Shown: positions 51,667 through 62,093 of the stretch, in pieces
How the letters are laid out: every line of letters begins with the position of its first letter
Numbering within the stretch: position 1 is the first letter of the stretch
Source of the DNA: Phoronis australis
Taxonomy: Eukaryota > Animalia > Phoronida
Assembly: GCA_002633005.1 (NCBI GenBank)
Contig: NMRA01000053.1
Location: 253,563-317,562 of the forward strand
DNA: 64,000 bases
Direction: 5' to 3'
Position numbers and translations under genes: made by a program
Notes under the pieces: model-generated
Seen by the model: only the letters and a program-made list of their open reading frames with translations
Databases searched by the model: none
Told to the model about the DNA's origin: nothing

Positions 51667-53386
51667 AGCCATATGATCCGTTTTTAAACGTTTTAAAAAC
51701 ATTATGAATCTGCATAAAAACCATTGAAACATACTCTCTGATACTTAATTAGAACTTTTCGTAAGTATGGGGTTGATCTACTGTCTACATATTTTTTCTT
51801 TTATTTTTTATTTTCTTAAAAACTGCGTGATCAAAACAAACGAATGTCACCCATAATGCTGTGCGGTTTGACCTTTCGTCAACTCGAGACAGTCAGCTGT
51901 TTCCGGTACTTCTTCGAAGAAGAGAAGTTCGCCTTAACCAGGTAATTTACTTGTTTCTTGGACATTTTGATGACGATGTTGCTCCCTGTATGAGCTGAAC
52001 AGTCTAACTACTATGCTTAGAATTAGATGAAAGGATTACCTGTGGGAAAATTACGTTCTAAATTTGGGAGTAATCGTTGTGCTCGAGTTGAGTCTGCAGT
52101 GGTACCCTAGCCAGCCAGCTAGCTGTATGAAGACTGTCGTCAAAATACAGCTAGGTACCACTGACTGTGTGTTTTTCTTCCATACACCCCAGCCAGGGTA
52201 ATATATGTAGTATGCAGCTTTGTACCAAGGCTAGCCCTAGCCCAAGGTCTATCAATGTTGTGACTGAAACTGAGTGTAATGTTATTGTGGTTGGATAGAT
52301 CCTGTTTGTCACTCGATGGTCGTGGGTTGAGTTTGTACCCGCTGGCAATTTTCAGACGTTGGACTTAAATTGCAAAACTATTCGTGTTTGCTGTAAGAAA
52401 AGCTTCATCTATCACCAGGGACTCTATACTCATTAGTATATTCTATTAGCGGGGGCAGATCCAGGATTTTGAGTTGGGGGGAGGAGCAGGGTAGAGTATT
52501 AGCCAGGATTTAGTTTGCCAAACATTTGCACCGCGGAACTGCCAAATGGGATCTGGGAGAATTTTAGGGAGGCCATGACCCCCTTGCCCCCCTCTAAATC
52601 CACCACTGACAAGTCAGCTAGCTAGTCCACTTGAACACAAACCACTGGATCAGCGATGAAGCCTCAGATTGAATGTAAGCAAACTTGGGAAGTGCTGTAG
52701 ACTGAAGCTTGTTGCGAAAAAAGTGAGATCATACAAAACCATGCGTGGGAGTGGGACGCAACAAATTTGATGCCTGTTATTCAGTGAAGAAATCTGGTTC
52801 TCAAATTGCAGGACACTGGGAGTGTTCACATCATTACAGAACAATATACTATGTATGGGACCTCCTCAAAGGCAAAAGGGTATAGCCAAAGGCAGATTGG
52901 TAGGAGCATTAATAAAGGTCGAGCAGGTTACATCTTGTATTATTAGTGGTATGGTCTAGATTGGGTAAATAAAGGGCTGGGGACAGGGAAAGGTTAATGA
53001 AAGTGCTTGCTTTTACCTTACGTACCCTTTCTTGGAATTTGAGCTTGGGACTAGTCCCTTGCAGACTCACTGACTTTATTAAGAACACAATCCATCAGTT
53101 TACATGGCAGAGGGCCTAAAGAGTGCTTCGAAAATCATTTATCCTTCTCAGTGTCAGCTGTTATCAGATTTCTATCATCAGTATTGGCAAGTTAAAGCAG
53201 GAACTAAACTTAGTCTGGAAACAGCTAGAGCATTGAAGTTCCAATTTCAGGTACACTCACACTTTTGCGAAAATGTGTATCCTATGGAATGTATTGATCA
53301 ATGTTATCGAACTTCATGTCACACCAAAAGACCGACTAAAATGGTGTTGAGAGGTTTTTTTCTTCTACAACTCAGACCATAGGCCT
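51667..53386. mobile_element. Candidate Kolobok-like non-autonomous element with a nested hAT MITE
   Basis: TTAA on both sides, AG...CT termini, imperfect TIR agccatatgatccg versus aggcctatggtctg. Confidence 0.45.
52450..52608 (-). mobile_element. hAT-like MITE, second copy
   Basis: Reverse-complement match to 10578-10734; ends aaatccaccactg. Confidence 0.75.
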
Positions 53387-53868
53387 TTAAATGCAATTTG
53401 AAAGAAAATGGAATTTCATGTTTGCTAAAGTAGATTTCTCTGTTTTTGAAAAGCAAAAATTGGGTCTCTACTTGTGGCAATTTTAGGTTTTGTTATATCT
53501 ACCTCAATATCGACCGAGTTCATTGATATACTTTTTAAATTTAGTAGATTTGATCCTATTGAGGAAAGAATGGCTGTTATTGATTTTTGGACAGATAGAT
53601 GCATGCACTCTGGGGCCCTTTAGTAGCAAATATCTTTTTCACAATTGCCTCAGTATGTATCTACCTTCTTGATGGAACTCTGTGGCATTTGTGTTTCCAC
53701 TGAGGAGAGCAGAGGTAGTGTTGCTCCCTCTTTTGAGAACGCTATCCCGTGTATCTGAGCTGTACGTGATGTAAACTGGGTGGACACCAAGGCCCTTTGT
53801 TGCTCTGGTTGATACATGTATATCGCTTCCTATCCTTTTATGCATACAGTCTAGTCTGTAGGATCACC

Positions 53869-54770
53869 TGCTTGCTTGCTCTGTTCATGCTCTAGGCTGT
53901 GTCCTTTGACTGCAGGAAGTAGCCCTCCACCAGATCCCTCCATTGTTTTCGGTTCTTAGCTGTCCTTGGCCATGTTGGTCCATCTCTCTGCATGATGTCG
54001 TCTCGCCATCATCTTTTTGGTCTTCCCCTTGTTATCTTGCCTTTCCTCGGCTGCCATTAGGTTGTCCTCAGAGTCCACCTGTTATCCTTCATTCTTGCCA
54101 CATGACCAGCCCATCTCCATTTCGTTTCTGTTATGCATTTTGTTATATCTGTTACTTTAGTCCATTCTTTTATCTTTGGTATTTTGTCTTTCAAGCTGTT
54201 GCCCAGCAATTTCCTTTCCATTGCTCTCTGGTTTGTTTGCATCTTATTCATAAGTTCTTTGGTTGGCACCCGTAAGTCACTATTGGCATAACGCAGTGGT
54301 TGTACACTTTTTTAGTGCTATTGGCAGCTTTTCGTCTAGAAATATCTCTGTATCTGCTGAAACAACCCCAACATGTTCTTCATAATTTGGCGGGTTTTTT
54401 GCCTACCACCGACGCGCTGGTATAACGAGTTGCTGGCAAGTTTTTCTTTTGAGATGTTCTTTTCTGTAGCCTATCGATGTCCATGTCTCTCCCACAAGGC
54501 AGTGGGGACATTTGGCAGGTTTTAAGGCGTCTCCCTCTTGTCTGACAGTCTCTTCTCTGGGTACATAAGGTATTTTATAGAGTAGACTGTGCCACCAGTT
54601 TTCCTCACCTCACCCTCCGAGACTGTCGCCAGTTTGGTCCGCGACTGTTTATTTAGGCTAGCCCTTATTCGCAGCTGTCCTCCATATCTGGAGGATGTCC
54701 ACTATCCGCCACCTGTGACGCTCTGGGTCGGGGATGGTCTCCCCAAGTTCCCATCTTGCTTACACCATTA
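53869..54770 (-). mobile_element. Internally deleted RTE-clade LINE (5' UTR joined to the ORF 3' end)
   Basis: Minus frames give KKVYNHCVMPIVTYGCQ, QRAMERKLLG and KWRWAGHVARMKDNRWT..WQP..RGRP; (aagc)n tail at ~53870; RTE-type 5' block ccagatatggagg..agctgcgaata..aataaacagtcgcggac at ~54637-54692. Confidence 0.8.
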
Positions 54771-54929
54771 TTATTAAATAATGTACACAACAAACACATA
54801 CTTTCACAATTTTATTTAGTTATTAAATATTCAAGATTGACACTTATTTTATTATTATTATTATTATTATTGCGATTACTTTCATGTAAACGTGACAGCA
54901 CTGGTAACATTAATGTGTTTTTGTAACGG

Positions 54930-55052
54930 ATGTAGACGGGTGTTCCTCAGGTTTACATGACTGTAGTATTCACGCTACCTGCAGCAACTTTAGTGGAGGA
55001 TTCAACTGCACTTGAAAAAGTGGTTACCAAGGAAACGGGACCTCCTGCTCAG
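54930..55052 (+). pseudogene. Pseudo-exon: full-length cbEGF module with TGA at Cys5 and both splice sites mutated
   Basis: 123 nt; DVDGCSSGLHDCSIHATCSNFSGGFNCT*KSGYQGNGTSCS; acceptor cGG instead of cAG, donor ATaatg instead of GT; TGA at 55013-55015. Confidence 0.88.
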
Positions 55053-56372
55053 ATAATGATTGATGGATGTAGCCATAATAGCTGTTATGATCTTTTCCCA
55101 TATTGCTTTTAAGTTGAGATCAAACTTACTTTTATGTGCAATTTACTAGACAACAATGCTTCATGAATCAATATACAGTAACTCTACACATATTTCCTAC
55201 AAAAAAAATTCCAAAATGTCTTTATTTTTCCATCTTTCAAAGGATGATTACGTTACTAAAGAAAATGGAAAATTGCCAAACGTTGTTAATGATGTCTGCA
55301 CATTACAAAGCAGGCTCAGATTAAAATTTCCCCAATCTTTGCATTTGTGGAGAAATTTGTCAAAGTAGAATTTCAACCGTCGTCGGTCATATTGTGTGCT
55401 ACATGAGTGCAGAATTACTGTACATTGAGTGGGTTTTAACTAACAAAAAATAAATAGTGGCTGTTGAATACTCATTCACTGTTGACCATCTGTTTGTGAG
55501 CTAGTCTAATTCTAAACTCTTTGAATAAATTTATTTCTCAAAATAGTAGTATGATTTTTTTTCTTTTTTCAATAAAATTATTTCCTCATGATAAGTTAAA
55601 TTAGGATAATTTTTTCCAAAGAAATATAATAAAATTTACCCAAAATAGAGGCGTTCAGTTTCAGATTTCTGGTACCTGTTGATGAAAGTAGTTCCAGTTG
55701 GTTTTAGTAACTGTGTGAACCGTGCTACATTATTGGCCAGACAAAAGACTGTGGGATGCTTAACTATAGACTAGATTGATGTGTGGATTTATTCTCAGCT
55801 TGGAAAAGGCTGTTGAAACCGAACATGAGTTTTTTGTAATGTAATCCGATCTTGCTTTAGCCACAGGCAAGGTAATTTATATACAAAGGAACACAGCTGT
55901 TTGTTTAATCCGAACATTATTAATATGAACACTGTATGTATGGGGTTGAGAAAATAGAAACATATGAATTATATAAGAACTGTTTTTGAAAATAAAAATA
56001 GATGTATATTTGGCTTAGTTTTCTTTAGCAATTATTGCTATTACTATTTCCCTGTGCAGTTGTCAATTTTCTTATTTTTATTTACTTTGCATCTCTTGCA
56101 GCCGTTCCAAAGTAGGGGCAATGAACAGTGTGGCCGTGGCCTATTCATTTGACGGTCTAACTGACAAAATTCAACAAAATTAACCTTTTTAGAATCTAAA
56201 TCTCGTACAACAACTCGTATTAGCTATACAGATTACGACGTTGAATAGGTATTTACTGAAACGGAGTTTAACTCTTGATTTTCAATTACTACTTTTGACC
56301 CAGTAGACATTTTGGGCTGGGAGGGAATACCATTCCATAATGGTTTAGAATTTTGTAGATGGTTATAACTTA

Positions 56373-57732
56373 CCGTAATCGTTCGGGTTAACGCCCATGT
56401 TCAGTTAACCGCCCATCCCCGACTTAAAGTGCCGGGATTTCCGATTTAACCGCCCACTGCTCGGTTAACCGCCCTCCCCCGATTTTTTAAGAGTTCAAGT
56501 TAAGCGCCCATCTCTCGGTTAAGCGCCCACCCCGACTTTTAAAGAATGAAGATTTAGCGCCTAGTGCTAAGGAAATGCGCGATTCCCCGACTTTTAGAAA
56601 AAGATCGATGATCACAATGAGTGCAACGACGCCGGGACTCCGAGACGGTGGTTTAGCAATCTGAATCACAATACAGGTAAAGAGTTATTGTCTTGGGTCA
56701 TGAACTCACTTCAAAATACTTGAACCTTTTTGTCACTTTATTTTCTTCCCTTGTTTGCAAAGTTTAAGAACGCCGCCGGCGTCAAAACCTCCGCTTTCAG
56801 CGACTTTGTCTGCCGCACTGAGTNNNNNNNNNNNNNNNNNNNNNNNNNNNNNNNNNNNNNNNNNNNNNNNNNNNNNNNNNNNNNNNNNNNNNNNNNNNNN
56901 NNNNNNNNNNNNNNNNNNNNNNNNNNNNNNNNNNNNNNNNNNNNNNNNNNNNNNNNNNNNNNNNNNNNNNNNNNNNNNNNNNNNNNNNNNNNNNNNNNNN
57001 NNNNNNNNNNNNNNNNNNNNNNNNNNNNNNNNNNNNNNNNNNNNNNNNNNNNNNNNNNNNNNNNNNNNNNNNNNNNNNNNNNNNNNNNNNNNNNNNNNNN
57101 NNNNNNNNNNNNNNNNNNNNNNNNNNNNNNNNNNNNNNNNNNNNNNNNNNNNNAAGTTTTTCAAACTTTTATTACAACCAATTTTAAAACTGCTCTCTGA
57201 CTCAGAACTTGACAGCTACATATAGTACGAGACCATAAATTTGATGTCTGACCTCTGCAACACGTGAAGCTTGCACGCGCGCACTTAAGCAGGGTCACAT
57301 CTTGAAACAGTTTTAATTCAAGTGGAGGCTTCGTGGTCACTGGTCGTCTGCGCACCGCAAGACGGCACGGGCTATTACTCAGCAATTTTGTAAATTTAAT
57401 AGTGAATGACTAATCTGAGGGCAAGAGAACCTTTGTTGGGATCATCCGCTGTTATGACGTTTTCACAGACATTTGGCGACGTGACGATGAAGCTCTTTGA
57501 AAAGGGCTACGCGTTCCGAGTATGAGTGTCGTGTCGGGATTTAGATCGCCAGGTAAGATTAACCGCCCAGGGCGGTTGACTGTCGTAATAAGCGCCCATG
57601 TTCGGTTAACCGCTCATCCCCTACTTTTGGTGGATTTTCGATTTAACCGCCCACTGCTCGGTTAACCGCCCTCCCCCGATTTTTTGGGTTCGCCAATTTA
57701 ACCGCCCAGGGCGTTAACCCGAACGATTACGG
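56373..57732 (+). mobile_element. Family B DNA element, second copy, spanning an assembly gap
   Basis: TA TSD; perfect TIR ccgtaatcgttcgggttaacgccc; both sides of the gap align to 43101-45569. Confidence 0.9.
56824..57153. other. Assembly gap (330 N)
   Basis: Run of n. Confidence 0.99.
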
Positions 57733-58245
57733 TATAAATGATGGGTGTCATTCACACACACTTTCAAATAGTAATGTGGTGACTGGTCACATGGGACCAT
57801 ATACTAGTGACCTCTAGTTTGCCTTGTGATGTTGATCATCAGAAAGCTAATATTTCTTAGTTGTCTAACTAGATTTTGTAGCTGTTGAGAAAGTGGACTA
57901 ATGTAAAAAGCAGTGGACACAAGTAATCAGAATGCTTTTATGAGATAGGAGAAAACTTATTTCCGGAAAATTAGGTCAATTATTGCCATTTAGGAGTCTC
58001 TTTAAGTAACTTAATCACAGTTTTTTATTTATGGGAACAAAATTAATAACCATAGTAATGGCACTTCTCTATTGGACATGCTAAACGTCAGCACAACATC
58101 TGACGTTAGCTATTATCAACTGAAAATGAATTCAAAATGTATCACTTTGTTGCTGAAAAAGTTAAGATATATAGGAATCCGAGTTTGAAAGTTAAAACGT
58201 ACTTAAAGCGTAGTCTGAGTAATGCAGTGATGCTAATTAGGCAAA

Positions 58246-58366
58246 CTATAGTCAACCACACTATAGTCGCACCATAGTCACACCATAGTCGAGCATACTA
58301 TAGTCGCATTACAGTGGCACTATAGTCATACTTTAGCCACAATATAGTCACAATATAGTCACCATA
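58246..58366 (+). repeat. 11 bp minisatellite, ~10 units
   Basis: Consensus cactatagtc(a/g). Confidence 0.9.
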
Positions 58367-58562
58367 TGAATACATGCATTTAGTTAGTCAGGTGAAACCC
58401 TTAGATCACGAATGGTCCCTTCCAGGTAAACATTTATCTGCTCTCGCTCTTTGCCGATTATATGTAAAGATGACGTGTTCCTCATTAGCGACAGCACAGA
58501 CAGAGCTATGAGCTCAACCTGCGACCTTGAGTGAAAGTTAACTCAAAATATAAAATTACAAT

Positions 58563-59745
58563 AGCGGATTTGCAGCGACGCCATATTGAAATTAGGTTAA
58601 TATGGTGCATTGTGGGTGCTGTGGTCAGGATTCCGAAAGCGGCCATAGTAACAAGCATAATACGCGGTATGAGCGCGAAGAAAACTTACGGTGGATACAC
58701 TTGTTGTGTTCCTGGCTGCTTCAAAAAACAACAAGAGAGATAAAAATCTAAGTTTTTATGTATTCCCTGCAAACCAAGAACTTTGTGAAAAATGGATAAA
58801 CAACATTAGGAGAGCTGGGAGTAAGGGGAGATTTAGCGCATTCAAACCAACGCAGGCCATCTAGTAGGCAACAGGTAGCCCCTCTGTTGGCCATATAGGG
58901 GCTACAATACTTCCATTCGCTTTCTGTATTCATTTCGTTACTTCAGTGTATTTTAAACTGGCCGTGACCGGATTTGGGATACCGATTTCGAGTTTTCACC
59001 TCGTCAAAAATACAATCTACAATTAAAACTTTAAAAAANNNNNNNNNNNNNNNNNNNNNNNNNNNNNNNNNNNNNNNNNNNNNNNNNNNNNNNNNNNNNN
59101 NNNNNNNNNNNNNNNNNNNNNNNNNNNNNNNNNNNNNNNNNNNNNNNNNNNNNNNNNNNNNNNNNNNNNNNNNNNNNNNNNNNNNNNNNNNNNNNNNNNN
59201 NNNNNNNNNNNNNNNNNNNNNNNNNNNNNNNNNNNNNNNNNNNNNNNNNNNNNNNNNNNNNNNNNNNNNNNNNNNNNNNNNNNNNNNNNNNNNNNNNNNN
59301 NNNNNNNNNNNNNNNNNNNNNNNNNNNNNNNNNNNNNNNNNNNNNNNNNNNNNNNNNNNNNNNACAACATTCGGACGGAGTTTCCTCTTAAAATTAACGT
59401 CTCTAGCATATCCACGGCGAAAGCTACAAAAGTTAAGCAACCCAAGAACTCTCAACTTGTCTGAAACCGGAGGAGATTTCGAAATCAACGCCGATGAATA
59501 TGACGAGCCCTCGGTCACACGGTCACTGATCATAGCTACGCTGTGCTTACAAACGAGAGAAAGGACTTGCTTGGTATTATAAAGCAAAAAAATGAAACAT
59601 AGTTTTTAGTTTGCAAATCACTCCAAATGCACACAGTATCCAGCCTGCTCAAGACATGCCTGACCACAAGCTATCCCATGAGCCTTCGCGAAGGAAGTAA
59701 CTCGCACATACGCAATGCGTAATTCGTCTGCGCTGCAAATCCGCT
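58563..59745 (+). mobile_element. TIR DNA transposon deletion derivative with a frameshifted THAP domain; ISL2EU-like or P-like
   Basis: Perfect inverted match caatagcggatttgcagcg at 58559-58577 and 59731-59749; 58669-58855 reads MSAKKTYGGYTCCVPGCF/NNKRDKNLSFYVFPANQELCEKWINNIRR..FKPT (THAP pattern, final CSxHF lost). Confidence 0.8.
59039..59363. other. Assembly gap (325 N)
   Basis: Run of n. Confidence 0.99.
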
Positions 59746-60432
59746 ATTGAATAAGCACTTTCCGGCACTGCATTCAATTGTTCACGCATTGACATGTACT
59801 ATTTGTTTGGATACCTTTTACTCGAGGCAGCTAGCTGAGCTTATACATTTTCCTCTGCACTGAGTGTCAGTGAATATCTAGTCTCCGGTTGTGAAAACAT
59901 GACCAAACTACATATGCTGATACTGCTCCTGACCAATGCAAAATGTTCCGTTATTACTTCCATGTTTTTGACTAAGAGCGTAATTACCCTGACCGTAGTG
60001 TGTTATTTCCATAGTCTTGTGCTGTTCTTTATTAGTCCTCACCAGTGTTGCGGAGTTCATTACAATAGCTGAAGTTTATTACATTATTTCCTATTTTCAC
60101 TGTGTCCAAGAAGATCACAAATGCCTTTGAAGTCTGCAAATGTAATTCTTTAAAATTGTGCTCTTAAATTATTTGGAAAATTGTATTCAAAAGGGCACTT
60201 TAATCGAAGTGGATGTTTGTCCCACTTTCCCTGGGGTTATGGTGTTAAATCAATACTGCGCATTTCTGGAATTCACCTGAGATGTCTTAAGACTTGCAGG
60301 GTTATTTAGACTTCATGCGAGGTTGTGTGGTGATTTTGTTCCACGTTTCTGATAAATTCGAAAGTTATCCTGTCACATGACATGAAATGAATTTTAAATC
60401 ACCTGACTGTCCATGCTTTTCCCTATTTATAG

Positions 60433-60476
60433 ACGTTGGTGAGTGTGGAACAGACATCGATGACGCTCCGTGTTAG
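60433..60476 (+). pseudogene. Short remnant of the 5' part of another cbEGF exon
   Basis: Acceptor ctatttatAG then phase-1 DVGECGTDIDDAPC*; resembles the DVDEC start of the live exons. Confidence 0.45.
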
Positions 60477-60529
60477 CTCTTGTTTCAGATTAAGTTTACG
60501 TTTAAAGTAAATATTTCAACCATTTGCAG

Positions 60530-60652
60530 ACATCGACGAGTGTGCTACCAACACAAGCCTTTGTGATGCTCACGCCACCTGTAGGAATTATGTTGGAGGC
60601 TACAACTGCACGTGTAGACCAGAATATTCAGGAAATGGTACTCACTGCAAAG
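60530..60652 (+). CDS. Exon 5: calcium-binding EGF domain
   Basis: catttgcAG and GTatgg, 123 nt, phase 1-1; DIDECATNTSLCDAHATCRNYVGGYNCTCRPEYSGNGTHCK. Not in the ORF track. Confidence 0.92.
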
Positions 60653-60920
60653 GTATGGAAATGAAGTATTCAAAAAATTATCTACATACTGGCATTCTTT
60701 AAATTATCAAAATATTGAAACATTTTTAATAGTGTTATCATGCTTTGCTTTCTATCAAAAAACAATGTTTGAATTATGAACAATGAGTGATATCTTATGT
60801 AATTATGAACAATGAATGATATCTTGTGTAATTAATTCTACGATGTGTCACTTTTTGTCGCTGAAGTCCTTTGTTTTACAGGTATTTTATGTTTTGAGTA
60901 AATGTTCTAACAATTTACAG

Positions 60921-61015
60921 AGAACGATGAATGTACTACCAACACGAGCCATTGTGATGTTCACGCCACCTGTAGTAATTTTGGTGGAGGATACAACTGC
61001 ACGTGTAATGGCTAG
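60921..61015 (+). pseudogene. 3'-truncated tandem duplicate of exon 5 (pseudo-exon or alternative last exon)
   Basis: Intact ctaac branch point and tttacAG acceptor; ENDECTTNTSHCDVHATCSNFGGGYNCTCNG* with 5 Cys, TAG at 61013-61015; the upstream ~50 bp of intron also matches that of exon 5. Confidence 0.85.
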
Positions 61016-61146
61016 AAATGACGCATTCGAGAAAATTTGTCTAACTTTAATAATTTTGTCAAAGTGAAAGTGCAGTAAACCCTCATCTTTTGTCAAAAAC
61101 AAGTTTCGGAAAAAAGAATGGGGTCTTGTAAACAATACTACTTTTT

Positions 61147-62031
61147 ATGCGCCCACATATTTATATGTGGATGCATTATGCCGTCGTATCCGTCTGTCCG
61201 TCCGTCCAGCGTCCGTCTGTCCGTCTGGCCTCTGCTGCTCTATCTCCAAAACCTAGCTTTGACGTACGTTCATGAAAGTTTGCATATATGTTCCTTTCAT
61301 GGATGGGACAGAATGAGCCAACTTTTGGACGGACCCGACTGCCGGTCTGCCCCCTAGTGTCAATTTTAGTTGTTTACGCTTAGCTCTATATCTTCGAAAA
61401 TCCTCAATGTATTTTCATAAAATTTGGCGTGTAGGCATCTTTAGTGAAATGACACCGTTCTCCTGTTTTTGGATGGATTCGACGTAGTTTGTGCCACTCA
61501 GTGGCCATTTTTACTGTTTTTGAGTTTTTTGGCATCTACCCCGCTCTCAATCAAACTGCTCTTAAGGATGATTGTGAAAATTGGCATGTATGTTCTTGTT
61601 ATGAAGAGGACGACCGACAATAACTTTTGACGATTTCGGCTATTGTGGCGCCTCCTAGTGGCAGTTTTGCATTGTTTTGCGCCCATAGCTGCCTCTCCTA
61701 CACACACTGCAGGATCTTTATTAAATTTAGTAATTCTATTTAAATGAAGCTGACAATAGACGACGATGCCTTTCAGGCAGATCCATTGAACACTGTGCCC
61801 CATAGTGGCAATTTCTTTTTTTCCATTCCTTTGTTTCTCTGAAGTTCCTTGACAGATTTTTATTAAGGTTGGTAAATAGCTTTCTATTAAAGAAGGGTGC
61901 CCGTTTTCAGATGGATTGGACGTTTTTGCACCATCTAGTGGCTATTTTTATGAAGCAAATAAACAACCCTGGAAGCACAGTGTTTGCGGTGCATTTGTGG
62001 GCGCATTTCAACGCTTTGTGTTGCTCTTGTT
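61147..62031 (+). mobile_element. Complete HINE/DINE-1-like Helentron-associated element
   Basis: 5' subTIR atgcgcccaca inside a palindrome, (gtcc)n, five ~135-155 bp cores, inverted subTIR tgtgggcgcat at 61996-62006, 3' hairpin caacgc-ttt-gtgttg, T-rich flanks, no TSD. Confidence 0.85.
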
Positions 62032-62093
62032 TCCCTTTTTGTCAGTGAATTTAGGCATTTGTTCAGAGATTAAGTTTATGTTTAAATTAAATA

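Noticed and set aside
55055-55095. SECIS-like ATGA...TGA stem after the in-frame TGA
   Set aside because: Stem only ~6 bp with several G-U pairs, no proper apical AA position, and only ~40 nt from the UGA.
56730-59587. Long ORFs of 140-214 aa in the ORF track
   Set aside because: They are long only because they read through N gaps.
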